Positions 43,851 through 58,634 of a DNA stretch of 64,000 nucleotides are shown here, one piece after another. The notes under the pieces were generated by a model. The model did no database searches and was not told the DNA's origin. It saw nothing but the letters and a program-made list of their open reading frames with translations. This stretch comes from the human T2T-CHM13v2.0 reference genome, Homo sapiens: NCBI RefSeq assembly GCF_009914755.1, contig NC_060932.1; one strand, 5' to 3'. Numbering within the stretch: the stretch's first letter is position 1; every line of letters begins with the position of its first letter. Position numbers and translations under genes: made by a program.

Positions 43851-44154
43851 GGCCAGGCACAGTGGCTCACGCCTGTAATTGCAGCACTTTGGGAGGCCGA
43901 GGAGGGCGGATTACTTGAGGTCAGTAGTTCAAGACCAGCCTGGCCAATATGGTGAAACCCAATCATTACTAAGAATACAAAAATTAGCCGGCTGTGGTGG
44001 AGGGTGGGGCACCTGTAATTCCAGCTCCTCAGGAAGCTGAGGCAGGAGAATTGCCTGAACCCAGGAGGGAGAGGTTGCAGTGAGCTGAGATCGTGCCACT
44101 GTACTCCAGCCTGGGGGACAGAGTGAGTGAAACTGTATCTCAAAAAAGAAAAAA
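43851..44154 (+). mobile_element. AluSx/Sz element
   Basis: ggccaggcacagtggctcacgcctgtaa...; this is the source of the 182-aa minus-strand ORF. Confidence 0.92.
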
Positions 44155-44499
44155 CACCTGCAAGCTTTTGTGTCAGCCTCTCCTTTAAAATGGGTCTTTT
44201 ATTTCTGCTGTGTATTCTGTAGTGACTAGCCCACGAGTAACTGGTTGTATGATGAGCTGGATAACATACCAGCCGTTCATATAGTACCTCCTTGGGAGAC
44301 TCTACCCAAGTATCTTTCACAAATGCCCAATTCTCTCCCACCACAATACCAGTTCCAAATGTGGTACAAGCTTATTTCAAGAAATGTGGAAATTAAACAA
44401 AAATTTTTTAATACAAAGATGTAAGGCATTTATAAAATTTTTTAAATACAAAGATTTAAGGCATTCCAAAAACATAGTTTTTATAATACGTGTATATAA

Positions 44500-44685
44500 A
44501 ACCAGGTATAGTGGCATACGCCTGTAGTCCCAGCTACTCAGGAGGCTAAAGCAAGAGAAGGAGTTGAGCCCGGGAATCTAAGGCTATAGTGTATCTTGTC
44601 TGTGAATGGTCACTGCACTCCAGCCTGGCCAACATAGCTTGACTCCATCTCTAAATACACACACACACACACACACAGACACACA
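44500..44685 (+). mobile_element. FAM/FRAM monomer with a (CA)n tail
   Basis: ccaggtatagtggcatacgcctgtagtcccagctactcaggaggc...tgtgaatggtcactgcactccagcctgg; (CA)n at 44658-44685. Confidence 0.8.
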
Positions 44686-44942
44686 TGAGTTTTCCTCATG
44701 TGAATTGATTTTTTTAATAATATAACTTATTTCAATCTGTATGTTTTAAAAATTGAATGCTGAAAATTATGTTACCCACCCAGAGATAAGTATTTTAACA
44801 TTTTGGATGAATAGCTATACAGATATACACATAGATATTGTATGAATGGGATTTGACATTACATCCTGCTCTGATACCTGCTTTCATTCTCAGCTCTAGA
44901 CCTTATTTTTTTTGTTTATCAATAGATATATAGGCCAAGACC

Positions 44943-44944
<2 letters not shown>

Positions 44945-44979
<35 letters not shown>
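44945..44979. repeat. (GT)n microsatellite, about 17 units
   Basis: Direct reading. Confidence 0.95.
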
Positions 44980-44982
<3 letters not shown>

Positions 44983-45929
44983 TACCATGTAACCAAAGCT
45001 CTTTTCATTTTGGAAAACATTGGCAGAAATGGTGGTCGCTTAGAGAGTTAAATCTCTGGGTAAGTATAATGTAATCTGTGCAAACTCAGGTCCCTTATCC
45101 TTCTTTTCATTCTGTGCTTCGTGTAGCCACTAGGACCCTAGCTATACTGAGATACAGTGGAGGAGCAGCAGTATCTCTACTTAAACAAAATAGTTTAATT
45201 AGTGGCTGAAGGTGGAGGGGTGTCTTTCTGTCTTTTAATTAAATAGCCCTCAGAAGGTCAAGGAGATCAAACTGGTCAAACATTAACAGTTCTGTGCAGG
45301 AAATTATGGTGAGTTCCTGTTCTAATTTTCTCACTTGAGTTTAGCAAACATTTGAGGGGAGGTGAGAGATTAAAAAGCTGAATAAGGTACAGTTCTGCTC
45401 TTGGAGTGTTTACACATAGTAGAGGAAACAGGCCTGTAAGGAGCTGCCGTGTGTAAGGTAGAGCAAGTGTTCAGATGAAGTTATAGACAATGCTTGTGCA
45501 ACTGATGAAGCCAATCATTATTCAGTGTATGGGAAAGACCTGGTGGTCTTCCGCTTTTAGCTGAACATGAGAAAGATTTCAGTTAAGTAGAAATTGTGGA
45601 AACAGATCGACAGACTGAAGGGGTGTCCAGTGTGAGGATCAAAAACTGAAAGTGTAGGGAGAAAGAAATCACAAAAGAGCTGGAGCTCATGATCCAGTGC
45701 AGCTGAAGAGATGCCCAGAAGGAAACAGAAAGCAGCAGCACTGGGCAGGGATATTGTGCCGCATTTAGGAAATCTAGATACCATTTGTTCTGTGAATAGG
45801 AGGAAACTTTTCAGGATTCACAGAACACATCTTACCAGCATGCTGCTTTAGTCGTCTCAGAAGTAGCATGTATGGAATAGGCAAACTCTGATAAAGGAGT
45901 ATGGAGACGTTTCTTGTGTTTTTTCTTTG

Positions 45930-46125
45930 TTTTGTTTAAAACGACTTACATTTACTATGTTACACATTCTGTAGGGCAGAATTCCAGGCACAGGTTAACT
46001 GGATCCTGCTTATGGTCCCACATGGCTGAAATAAGTGTGTTGGCTGAGTTGCAATTTCATCTGATGTTTTTCCATTCCCCCGTGGTTGTGGTAGAATCCA
46101 GGACCTCGAGGTTGTAGGCAGTTAG
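45930..46125 (-). mobile_element. MLT1 (F/G/H-like) LTR fragment
   Basis: ttaaaacgac...catttactatgttacacattctgtagggcagaattccaggcacaggttaactgg. Confidence 0.55.
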
Positions 46126-46140
46126 CTAGGAGTATGACTT

Positions 46141-46419
<279 letters not shown>

Positions 46420-46425
46420 AAGCAT

Positions 46426-46428
<3 letters not shown>

Positions 46429-46470
<42 letters not shown>
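46429..46470. repeat. Pure T42 homopolymer
   Basis: Direct reading. Confidence 0.95.
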
Positions 46471-47176
46471 CTGAAAAGGAGTATGATTTTTAGCTGTCAT
46501 TTAATTGAACCCCCACCACATGCCAAATACAGGCACATGCATACATTATCGTTAACCCCTCCTGACCTCAGTGTAAGCCAGTATGACCTACACTTGATAG
46601 ATGGAGCAGAGAGTAAGTGGAATGCTGATTACACCTCACACCCTGAGCAGGAAAATGATGTTTTTCAGGTGATATTGCTAGTGTCCTCCACCCAAAAGCC
46701 TGAATTTAGTTGGAAAGGAAAAATTTTATTAAAAAGTCTCTCCCTTGTGACTTTGAGGAAGAAGGAGGGGCATGTTTGCAAAAGAAACACTGCTAATGAA
46801 CGTTTCCCTGTTAAATCACAAACATCTTAGGACTCCTGTCTCATGGAATCAGTATCTTCTTGGCAGGTTTACAAAGAAACCAGTTTTTAAAGCCACAATA
46901 CAGAAGAGATTGGTGTTTTCTATGGCTTGGGTTTTATCTGCTTGGAGGGTATGTGTCTAATTCTCTCTTTCCCTCTCATACTGGTAAATATACCAAAATA
47001 TAGAAAGAATAGTATGACCAATCCCAAAAACGAATCATTCATGTTTAACAGTTACCAAGATTTAGCCACAACTTTTTGATTGCTTCTTTCTCCTCCTCCT
47101 CAGTTGTCTTTTTACAATTGAATTGGTCAGTCCATATATTGCATTAGTTATGTCTTTTAAGTGCCTTTTAATCTAG

Positions 47177-47535
<359 letters not shown>

Positions 47536-48438
47536 GGATCTCTCTTTTTTATGCCATTGGATTATTGAAAAAAGTGCCAGCCTTCCTGGGAAAAGATTCT
47601 CCTGGGTTTGTCTGTTTTCTTCTTTTAGGTGTCCTTTTGCTTGTTCTTGTGTCCCCTCTATTTACTGTAAATATAAAAGCTTGATGAGATTTGCAAGGTT
47701 TGGTTAAATTCAGCCTTGCCATTTCTGGGTATGAATACATCATAGGCCATACTGTGTACTTTATATGACATCCCTTTATAAAATAAGTAATTTGGGGGCT
47801 ATTCCATGCTTGGTGTAAACTAAGAGGGGTTTGTGGATTCAAGCCTACATTGTAAGGTCCCTATCACCTTCATTTTAACGACTTCATGTATTGATCTTTT
47901 CCTCATTACTTCATTAGTGACTGAAAAATGTTGATTTTTCTAATTGGTTGTTTACCCTGAAATACAGGTCATCCAAAAAAGCAGGACAAATGCTTAATTC
48001 TTTTCCTTTCAGTGCAAATTTTCCGCCTAAGACATTGGTGCCTGGTAATCTCCATTGGTGATCACTGTTTTGTGGGGGGTTGTTTGTTGCATCGTTGTTG
48101 TTATTGTTTCCCCTTTCCCTACTTTTGAGTATCATCGTGAACTCGTGTTTTTTAGTATATTTTCAGGGGTTTCAGTATACCGCAGTCATTATTCTTTCTG
48201 ATGCTCAGGGGCAGGGAAGGGACAGTATCTTTTTGATAGAAGGAAACACCAGGACTGCCTCAGTGGACCTTGTTTTGGAATGTCCATCATTTGTAGGAAT
48301 GATGGAGTCTCACTTCCTAATGGTTCAGAACCATTAGAGGTGCTTCCCTAGGTGCCCAATACGACCTATCACTGTTAGAGTATAATGCATTTCTTTGGCT
48401 ATTTATCTGGTTAAAGCAACTCCTTTATCCACAGAAAA

Positions 48439-48504
48439 GGAGGTTGAGGTAGGAAGATCCCTGGAGCCTAGGAGTTCTAGTCTAGCCTGGGCAACATAGT
48501 GAGA
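48439..48504 (+). mobile_element. 66-bp internal FLAM fragment with no head or tail, near-identical to 49936-50001
   Basis: 63/66 identity by manual alignment; flanked by ATCCACAGAAAA direct repeats. Confidence 0.88.
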
Positions 48505-49379
48505 TGAACATCCACAGAAAAACCCACTTTTACAGCTTTGTGAGAATAAAATTTTTAGAAAGGAAATAGATTTTTTTTTTTTAATTACTAAGATTCTTTG
48601 ATTAGGAACTACAGTAGAACACTGGGATTACTAGTGGCTATACGTTGTTATTTTCTTCCCAATTGTAAGGCTTTGTCAGCAGAACATGAAATTAAGCTAA
48701 AAGTGGAAAGGTGGGACATGTAATAGCCAGAATGTTCATCAACAAGAAAAGAAATTTATCTTGTAAAAAGTGTGTCTTTGCACGTAAGATAAACATAAAA
48801 CAGACTGAGCACTGATATTGACTAGATGCTTTAAAATAAGCAGAAGGGGCAGAAAGTTAAATATTTAGATTAGTTCAAAATGTTAGCTTTATAGTAGTGT
48901 GCCATTGATGGAGCATTCCTGGAACATGTCTTCTCTGCTTGTTTTAACACCTGACCTTGGTCCCTGAAATGGAATGTATAGACAGGAAGACAGTGATATG
49001 GGTGGGTTTGTTTAACATTTTCTCTTTGTTTGAATAAGCCCTTTAGTTGTTTCTTAATACTGTTGAATATTTAGTGGCTTTCTAGGACCAAGACAGTATG
49101 GTTCTGTCATGATTGGTTTGGGTTTATTGACGTTTTCCCCAAAAGGACGGGACACACTTGAATCTGAGGTTGAATTTAGTTGACTTTTTCGTTGTACGTT
49201 TATGAAGAATAGATGAACTTTGTCAACAAAGATGGTGCCTGGCAGAAAGATTGAAACGTAGTAGGCTCTTGGTATGGGAATGCTTATTTCCCTGCTTCTC
49301 TCCCTCAGTTAGGGTTATTATCGTATAAAATTATTTTAGATTACTCATATAATTGTGAGTAACCTAAATTATATGAGTA

Positions 49380-50520
49380 TCATGTGGGCATAATGTCCTC
49401 CATGTTCATCCATGTTGTTGCAAACGGTAGGATCCTCTCCTCTACCCCCCTTTTTTTAGGCTGGGTAATATTCCAATTCATGTATACACCACATTTTCAT
49501 TGTCATTTGCCATTTAGATTGCTTCCATGTCTTGTCTTTTGTAAATAATGTTACAGTGAACATGGGAGTACAGATATTTGTTAAGAGGGTAAATCTTAGG
49601 TTGTGTTCTTACCACATCCTCCAAAATCATAATAAATAAAGAAGATAGAATGGGGGGATTGGAGAAATGTCGGTCAAAAGAAACAAATTTTCAGTTAGGA
49701 GAAATAAGCTCAAGAGATCTATTGTACATTATGGTGACTGTAGTTAATAACAATGTATTGTATATTTGAAAATTGCTAAGAGAGTAGATTTTAAGTGTTC
49801 TTATCAGAAAAACCTAAGTGTGTGAAGTAATGCTTATGTTAATTAACTTGATTTAACCATTCCACAGTGTACACGTATTCCAAACGTCACATTGAGTCAG
49901 GGCCAGTGGCACAGGCCTATAGTCACAGCTACTTGGGAGGTTGAGTTAGGAAGATCCCTGGAGCCTAGGAGTTCTAGTCCAGCTTGGGCAACATAGTGAG
50001 ACCCCATCTCTATTTAAAAAAAAAAAAAAAATCCAGCCTGGGCAACAAGAAAGAAACTCCACCTCAAAACAACAACAACAACAACAACAACAACAAACCA
50101 TGTGGCTGGGTGGAGGGGATCATGCCAGTGATCTCAACATTTGGAGACGCCAAGGTGGGCAGATTGCTTGAGCCCAGGAGGTCAAGACTGCAGTAAGCCA
50201 TGATGGAGCCACTGCACTGCAGCCTGGGCAACGCACCAAGACCCTTTCTCAAAACACAGACACACACATGTAATGTTGTACACCATAAATATATACCATT
50301 TTTAATTTGCCAATTTAAACAATATATGTCAATTTTTATATAATTTTTAAAAAGGATAGGAGGAAACTTTTGGAAATGATGGATATATTTATGATATTGA
50401 TTGTAGTGAGAGTTTCATAGGTATATACTTATCTCCAAACTCATGAAGTTGTAGACATTAACTATGTATAGCTCTTTGTATATCAGTCATTTCTCAATTA
50501 GGTGATTTTTAAAAAATAAA
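49380..50520. mobile_element. Nested L1 complex: antisense L1 ORF2-end fragment, then an L1MC-like 3' end containing an L1MA 3' end, itself holding Alu monomers
   Basis: L1MA motifs gagatctattgtacattatggtgactgtagttaataacaatgtattgtat; L1MC motifs ggaggaaacttttggaaatgatggatatattt...atctccaaactcatgaagttgta. Confidence 0.75.
49893..50254 (+). mobile_element. FLAM-A (49893-50031), short Alu 3' end with (CAA)n (50032-50097) and a second monomer (50104-50254)
   Basis: Alu monomer motifs with separate A-rich tails. Confidence 0.82.
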
Positions 50521-50838
50521 TACTTATGTTTCTGACAGGCAAAAATGGCATGACATTTTAGTAGTTTATTAATAAAGTTTTTTGTCATATACTTATTAAC
50601 CATTTAATTTGAGAATGGTATTTTCCAGTTATTTGTCCATTTCTTCTTTTCCTTATTGATAGGTCTATATAAGAAGAATAATGCTTTCTTGACTAGTGTA
50701 GTTTGCTTTCAGGTGGATACTTTCCTCATTGGTTGAAGGAGAAGCTGGTGATTCTGTTCTCTGTTTTCCTATCCCTCAAAATTAATAATATGAGCATCTC
50801 CACAGCTGATGGTTTCTCTTTAAAATAATGATGAATTA

Positions 50839-51170
<332 letters not shown>

Positions 51171-54100
51171 TCACTGAGCTGTAATAGTAGGAATACAATG
51201 AGATAATATACTTTAAAATGTGTTGAGTACTACATAATGGCATGTTGCAAATACAGTCCAAGGCTTAAGCAGCTTCATTTGGAGTATCATTTGAGTAAGA
51301 TTCCTCTAGAAATCTAGTGTGCCAGGGCTTTAGGGTGAGCACATGACAGGGGAAGAATTCCTCAAAATTGTAACTGTAAAGATAAATCTAACCTTGATGC
51401 TTTTTCTTTTCTTGATTTCTGGGCTCTTGCAAAGTCCATAAATTGCATTATACTTAATATAGACACATTTCGTGTTCTCATAACTGCATTAGCATGTTAA
51501 TTTCTGCTGAGTGGGTTAGTAATCAAATAACCAAGTGGCTAGACAAGAAAAGAGACTTTATAAGTGGATTATCTTGCTTTCCAGTGTTACCATTTTTAAT
51601 GATGGTCTACTCATTTTTCCTTTAACTTTTTGTTATGGAAAATTTCAAACATATCTAAAAATTGAAGGATTTTTAGCATAATGTTTTATTGTTTTAAGTT
51701 GTTTGAATCAACATTCAATATGTTCCCTCTCATTCTCTCTCATGTTCTTGCTTGCAGTTTATTTGTTGTGGAACCCAGATTGTTTGTCCTGTAATTTCTT
51801 AGAGTATCTCTGTGATTTTGTTTAGCATGATTCTGTTTCTAAATTATCTGCAAGTTATCTTTTATATATATTTTTTATCTTGCAAGAATACCTGGTAGTG
51901 TGTACTTCAATCAAGAGGCACATAAGGATTAGTGGTCTCTCATTTTGTGATGTTTACAGCCATTGATTATCAGGATCTACCAATTGCCCATTCCTTTTTA
52001 TGTTTGTTTATTGTCTTTTGGTTATGTTAATGTATTTCATTAAATTAAAAAATATTTTATAATAATTTGCCAAACAGTGCTGTATGAAGATTATACCAAT
52101 GTACACAGCCAACAGCCATGTACCAGAATATCCAAATTTTTATTTTCTTATTTTATAGGTAACTGATGCTTAAGGAGATATGTAGTTTTCCCCAAGATTA
52201 CACAGCTATTCAGTACAATACTCAGGTCTATATATGTAAATTTTGCCTTAATCTCAGACATAACACCAATTTTCTTCTCTCCTTCCACTACAGTCCCAGG
52301 TTATTACCCCTCTTCATTTTTTGAAAAATTATAGAAAGGCAGATATAAGTAGGGCAAGGTGAGATGAAAAGAAGGGAACTAAGCAGTTAACATAGGAGGG
52401 TTAAAGACCCAAATGTGATTTCCAGAACATTCTGCACTTTCTTCTCTCATACTGATTCTCTAGTGCTTAAAACTATCCAGCCATTGATAATCATTACTTA
52501 GATCTACTAATTCATTCCCTAACCTTTTGTATTTTTCAAAATAAGCATTTGATCACATTAATAACTTTAGAAACTTAATTTCAAACTTTATCAGTAAAAC
52601 TACTTTTTCGTAGCCCTTTAAAGACCATTATTAGTACTATTTATAAAAAGTACCAAAGCTGGGATCCTATTGGAATATTCCAAGTTTAGTCTATCATACC
52701 ATTTTTGCTAGCACTTTATCAGTGGATATATTTATGAAAAAATTTAATCTAGATGTGTTTGATGTGTCATTAAAAGTTATTTCAAAAATCATTTTATTGT
52801 AAATGTTTCTCAAACTTAAGTTCTCCTAAAATAGCAATTTAACTTGATTTCTGGTAAATAGTTAAAGATTAGCAAAATTTTTAATGTCATAATTTTTAGT
52901 AGAAGTTAAATTTAGGAATTAGCAGTCTCCTACTTCCTAGTTCAAATCCAAGTTAACTTTTAAAAGTCTAAAATATACTGGCCTCTCTCAAGACCTAGAC
53001 ACAGATATCAACAAATGCCAAAAGAGATATGCAAACAGGAAACTATGTGATTCTTTTAACAAATATTTTAAATCATATAATCATTTTTCCACTTGACCCT
53101 TCTCCTTCCTCCTCCTCCGCAATAAAAAGAATCTACAGTAATCCTGTAGAAACTTTAGAAATCTTTGTTTTTCTTACCCACAACTCCCTATTTATATATG
53201 TTAAGTGCTACCTGATATGGCAAACACATGTAAATGATGTCCTTTCAAAGTTCACTGGCTTCCTCTCTGAAGTCATCTAAAATTCAGAAGCCATAAAACA
53301 AACCATCAGATAAAAGTGAGACTTTATACTGAAATAGAACCATAAGAACATTTTTTTGCAGTTTCTGCAAGGAATTGTGTTACTTACTCCTTTCAGTGAA
53401 TCAGTAATGACGTTTTAGGTCAGGAGATTGGAAGCTGCTTGCGGGGGAACGTAGGTAGGTGACTCTAGTACAGAGAAAGGCATTTGATGTGGCACAGCCC
53501 TAGGCCAGGTAGGTGGCGGGTGTCAGGACCCATGCTGTAGAGCTCTCTGCAGGTTGCAGCTCCTCCAGCTGGCCTTCCTAGCCCTGACCAATTACTCTGA
53601 GGCTTCCCAGCCCTAAGCTGCTTCTCTTGAATTCTCCTCTGAATAGTTATACAGTGTGTGAAAGAATTCCTTGCCACTCATGAGAAATGTATTGATTTAT
53701 TTGAAAATATTTGATGCACTTAAATCCCAGATTAGTAGCAGTTATGGTAACAGATGTCCTTTTGATGAAAAGCCATTTCTGATAGATGGGGGATCCCCAT
53801 AGTGAAATGAGAAGAGCTTCACTTCCTACTTTGTAGAGTCCAACTCTTTAGCACGGTGTGCAGGCCCTTCATGATCTGCGCCCCAACTCCTTATCCCCAG
53901 ATTCCCAGCCATAAGGTCTCCTTCAAAGCCATGCTCCAACAATACTCAGCTCTGGGAGTCCAAACAGAGTCCATCATGTATTCGCTTTGCCTTCAGGCTT
54001 TTTGCTTAGAGAGCCCAATTTCTGGCCATAAATTTAATCCCTTTACAAATTAGCTGCTTGTCCTTCAGAAGTCACCTTAACCATCTCTTTCTTCATAAAG

Positions 54101-55608
54101 CTTGCCTGGCTCTCCAAATGTAGGTTAATTGCTCTACCGTGTTGGTTACTGCTGTAGAGCTGTGTTTATTCAGGCTGCGGCATTGATACTGACTACATTT
54201 ATGTAGGACCATTGGTGGAAGGCAAGTTCCCCAAAGTGAAAACAATCCACTGAGATAAATTTTCTAACCGCAATTTTATTTTACTGAAGGCTGGGAAGCC
54301 CTCAGGTTGCTTCTTGAAGCACACACAGCCTGGAGAAAAGCAATTCTGAACGTATGTGGCTACCCCTTGATTTAGATGAATTACATTCCAGTCAAAAGGA
54401 AGAACAGATTTGAAAATTTAATGGCAAGACTGACTTCATTCAGGAAATCATAACTAATTTTACCAAGCTAGGGGTGAGTTGATGGTGTGCAATAAATTTG
54501 GGAAGAAGGAAGAAGGAAATGGGAATGCTAGATTACAGTTAATAGTTTTCTTTAATTCAAAAGGTATTGGGAGGTATTGCAGATCTGGAAGAAGGAGAAT
54601 TACATTATCAGAAAGAACTCAGCAACAGATTTTAAAGGAGATGTGGCTTTGTCTTAGGTATTTTCTCATCTAAAAAAATTAAGAGAATGATTAAAAATGC
54701 ATCACCAAAAGTGCCAGGGTGATGATTCAGATAGCGCTCTGTAGCTCCATCCTAAAAAGGGCATGCTAGCCTGTTCTTCTGATACATACTTACAAAACTT
54801 TCCCAGTTCTCTCTCCACCTCTATTTATTTCCAGCACCATTTGCCCCTTTGGACCTGATTCTCATCTAAAGATACTCTGTTGTGGGAAGTAAATACATCC
54901 TGAGAAAAATCACTTTCTGGCAAAACCTTGAAGTGAGTTACTGTAAACCCTCAGACACGCTACTCATTCTATATTTGTAGCAGGATCAGAGGAATTAACA
55001 GATGAAATGGCCCTGGAAGCTGGTGTGAGCATCCACACCCCAGGCCTTCCTCTCGTCCCTAATCACACAGCTACCCTGGGAAACCTTTTCTGGGGTCTCC
55101 CAGCCTCACTCTGGGTGGAGTTTGTTCTTTCCTCAACTGCCAGCTCCCCAGGTCTCTGAATTAAATTTTGCATTCTCATCTCTTTTCATAAATTCTCTTT
55201 GAAGATCCAGAGACAACTCTTCCAACAGTTTCTATTCCCTCTGAGACATTTGTAACTACCATCTCGTCACCCACTAGCTGGCCTACAACCGTTGGTTACA
55301 TACACAGCCCAGTCTTTTCATAATTTACCATCCAAGCCCCACACTGTGTGTGCTGTGGGCTTCATGATCCATTTACCAGACTATTCCCAGCCCCAGCATC
55401 CTGTGCTGGGCCTCAGCACAGTGTGAGAAAAGGAAAACTTGGAGGGGATCCAGCATGAAAAAAATGAAAGATTGGAAAGAGGAGTGTCTGTGAGAAAAGG
55501 ATGGAGAAGCTGGGTAGGTTTAGCTCTTGAGAAGAGATGGAGAATGAGACATATGTTGAGAGATTACAGTCAGCAGTCCCTTTTCTTGTTTCACTTTCTC
55601 CATGGTTA

Positions 55609-56060
<452 letters not shown>

Positions 56061-56324
56061 CTATCCCTTGTCTGATCAGCCCTGAAATTTTACTGGTACA
56101 GAGACTGGAGAAAGAGGGGTGGGTGGACAGGACATGTAGGATGGGGGAAACTCCTGCAAGTATGTTTGCCTTATGGGCTCCAGATGGGGAGCCGGGACAT
56201 ACCTGTGACCATGGTGGGTCATTAGGTCTTAACATAGTTCTGGGAACTGGTGAAACCTGAGGTCATTAGATAGTGCATGTTTGACCTTTGGGCATCTTTA
56301 GGAATGAGAAATTCAATAATGAGG

Positions 56325-56540
56325 ATGATAGCAGCTGTTACTCATTCAAGACATTTCTGTTAAACACGTTATATTCATTATCTCATTCAATCTTCACAAC
56401 ACCCTGTTACATAAATATAGTCATTATCCTCATTTTACAAAGAAGGAATTAAGCTCAGAGTTTTTTAAATGTGCCCATGGTCACATTTGGTAAGCTGCTC
56501 ATCTGAGGTTTTAAGCCAAGTCTGTCAGGTCACAGACCCC
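56325..56540 (-). mobile_element. MIR element
   Basis: ttatctcattcaatcttcacaacaccctg...attatcctcattttacaaagaaggaattaagctcagag...tgcccatggtcaca. Confidence 0.75.
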
Positions 56541-56677
56541 AAGGTGGGGGTTTTTTGGTTTGTTTTTTGGTTTGTTTTAGCAGCGTTATTGAGCTGTAAT
56601 TCACATACCATACAATTTAAAGCATACAACTCAGTATTTTTTTTTTGGTATGTTATTAATTTTTAAAAATTGTGGTA

Positions 56678-56975
56678 GGCCCAGCACAGTGGCTCATGCC
56701 TGTAATCCCAGTGCTTTTGGGGGCCGAGGTGGGTGGATCACTTGAGGTTAGGAGTTCGAGACCAGCCTGGCTAACATGGTAAAGCCCACGTCTCTACCAA
56801 AAAAAAATTAAAAATTAGCCAAGTGTGGTGGCATGCCCCTGTGGTCCCAACTACTCAGGAGGCTGAGTGGGAAAATCGCTGGAACCCAGGAGGCAGAGGT
56901 CACAATGAGCCAAGATTGCGCCACTGCATCCAGCCTGGGCAACAGCGAGATTCTGTCTCAAGGAAAAAAAAAAAA
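56678..56975 (+). mobile_element. AluS element
   Basis: TSD AAAAATTGTGGTA. Confidence 0.92.
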
Positions 56976-57077
56976 TTGTGGTAAAATATATATGACATAA
57001 ACCTGCCATTTTTTTTAGTGTACAATTCAGTGACATCAATTATATTCACAGTGTTTTGCATCCATCACCACTATCTA

Positions 57078-57325
<248 letters not shown>

Positions 57326-57496
57326 TCACCTGGTAGCTGAAAATCTACTTTCTTTCTGTCTCTGTTAATTTGCCTCCTCTAGAGACATCATATAAGTGGA
57401 GTCATACAATATTTGTCCTTTTGTGTCTGGCTTCTTTCCCTTAGCGTAATGTCATCAAGGTTCATCCACGTTGTAGCATATATTAGAACTTCATCC

Positions 57497-57797
<301 letters not shown>

Positions 57798-58112
57798 AGA
57801 ACTTCATCCCTTTTTATGGCTGAATGATGACCCATTGTATGGATATAGTACATCTGGTTTATCCATTCATTTGTTGATGGACACTTGAGTTGTTTCCACC
57901 ATTTGCCTATTGTACAGAGCCCAAGTTTTAACTGGAATGTATATTACAACACAAGCTGAGAACCACCCCAGGATGAGATCTCCTGATTTCAAGCTTGGGC
58001 ATCACACCATGTTGCAGAGAACTGGTAGCCTCAGTATTGAGAGTGAGGCTGACCTGAGTTTTGAAATACAAGTCTATCACATTAGTTGTGGGACGTGGGT
58101 CAAGTTATTTAA

Positions 58113-58634
<522 letters not shown>

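Noticed and set aside
44658-44685. (CA)n tract as a tandem-CAC RBPMS autoregulatory site
   Set aside because: It is the decayed tail of an Alu monomer more than 12 kb from the nearest visible exon, with nothing else supporting function.
55336-55425. Possible structured RNA (CACACTGTG...CACAGTGTG outer stem with an inner CCCAGCA/TGCTGGG hairpin)
   Set aside because: The stems are only 7-9 bp, with no snoRNA boxes, tRNA arms or long pre-miRNA stem. Compatible with chance.
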